Below, piece by piece: positions 63,578-64,000 of a stretch of DNA of 64,000 nt. This DNA is from Alphaproteobacteria bacterium (GTDB taxonomy: Bacteria > Pseudomonadota > Alphaproteobacteria > Puniceispirillales > Puniceispirillaceae). The first letter of the stretch is position 1. Every line of letters starts with the position of its first letter. A program made the translations under genes and the position numbers. Location: the NCBI GenBank assembly GCA_038144055.1, contig JAYQNB010000003.1, forward strand, positions 1,269 through 65,268, in the 5' to 3' direction. The notes below the pieces were generated by a model. It was not told the DNA's origin. It ran no database searches and saw only the letters and a list, made by a program, of their open reading frames with translations.

Positions 63578-64000
63578 TTACTTTGGCAGCCGGAGGCGCG
63601 GGTTCGACAGGATCGACATCACGTCGGCGAGAAGGTTCAGCGAGATATAGGCCGCCGCAAAAACAAGGCAGCAGGCCTGAACCACGGGAATGTCGCGGAT
63701 TTTCACCGAGTCGACGAACAGCTGGCCGACACCCGGATAGACGAACACCACCTCGACAACGACCACGCCGGTGATCAGATAGGCAAGGTTCAGCGCGATC
63801 ACATTGATGATCGGCGCCAGCGCGTTCGGCAGCGCATGAAAGACGATGATGCGGAAAGGCGACAGGCCCTTCAGCCGTGCCATTTCGATATAGGGCGAGG
63901 CCAGAAGGTTGATGATGGCGGCACGAGTCATTCGCATCATATGCGCGGTGACGACCAGCGTCAGGGTCAGCGCCGGCAGCATCGTCTTCTGCAGCTTCTG
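63578..64000 (-). CDS. Dpp/Opp-type ABC permease (DppB-like; 5' end outside window)
   Basis: LPALTL, YIEMARLKGL, HALPNA, VEVVFVYPGVG, RDIPVVQ. Confidence 0.92.
   Translation of the reverse strand, partial: QKLQKTMLPALTLTLVVTAHMMRMTRAAIINLLASPYIEMARLKGLSPFRIIVFHALPNALAPIINVIALNLAYLITGVVVVEVVFVYPGVGQLFVDSVKIRDIPVVQACCLVFAAAYISLNLLADVMSILSNPRLRLPK

Overview
GC-rich chromosomal window from what is probably a marine alphaproteobacterium (SAR116- or Roseobacter-like, inferred from gene content only). Roughly 30 genes carry single-base frameshifts, some in homopolymers, which most likely reflect uncorrected long-read errors; split ORFs were therefore rejoined by hand. In order, the window holds: a urease operon (ureDABCE), a GcvT-type oxidoreductase, a PhyH dioxygenase and exonuclease I; a cobalamin riboswitch heading a small membrane ORF and a Zn/Mn-type ABC transporter; a polar amino-acid ABC transporter with an RpiR regulator, a second GcvT-type enzyme and a class III aminotransferase; a ~17 kb periplasmic formate dehydrogenase island with many DUF accessory genes and tupA; assorted catabolic enzymes, a P450 and ppk2; a 4.5 kb cluster of uncharacterised genes; a kinase-DMT-MttB-ureohydrolase operon; and a Dpp-type ABC transporter with a desaturase-like enzyme and a TIM-barrel enzyme. 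The best candidate for an undescribed system is at 49.6-54.1 kb. It has two diverged copies of a two-gene module (GAF plus winged-helix-like protein, followed by a coupled ~107 aa alpha/beta partner), enclosing GYD-type small proteins and followed by a HAD protein without the catalytic Asp. The second candidate is the B12-riboswitch-controlled metal ABC transporter. No rRNA, tRNA, IS element or CRISPR array was seen. All family assignments come from motifs read by eye, not database searches.
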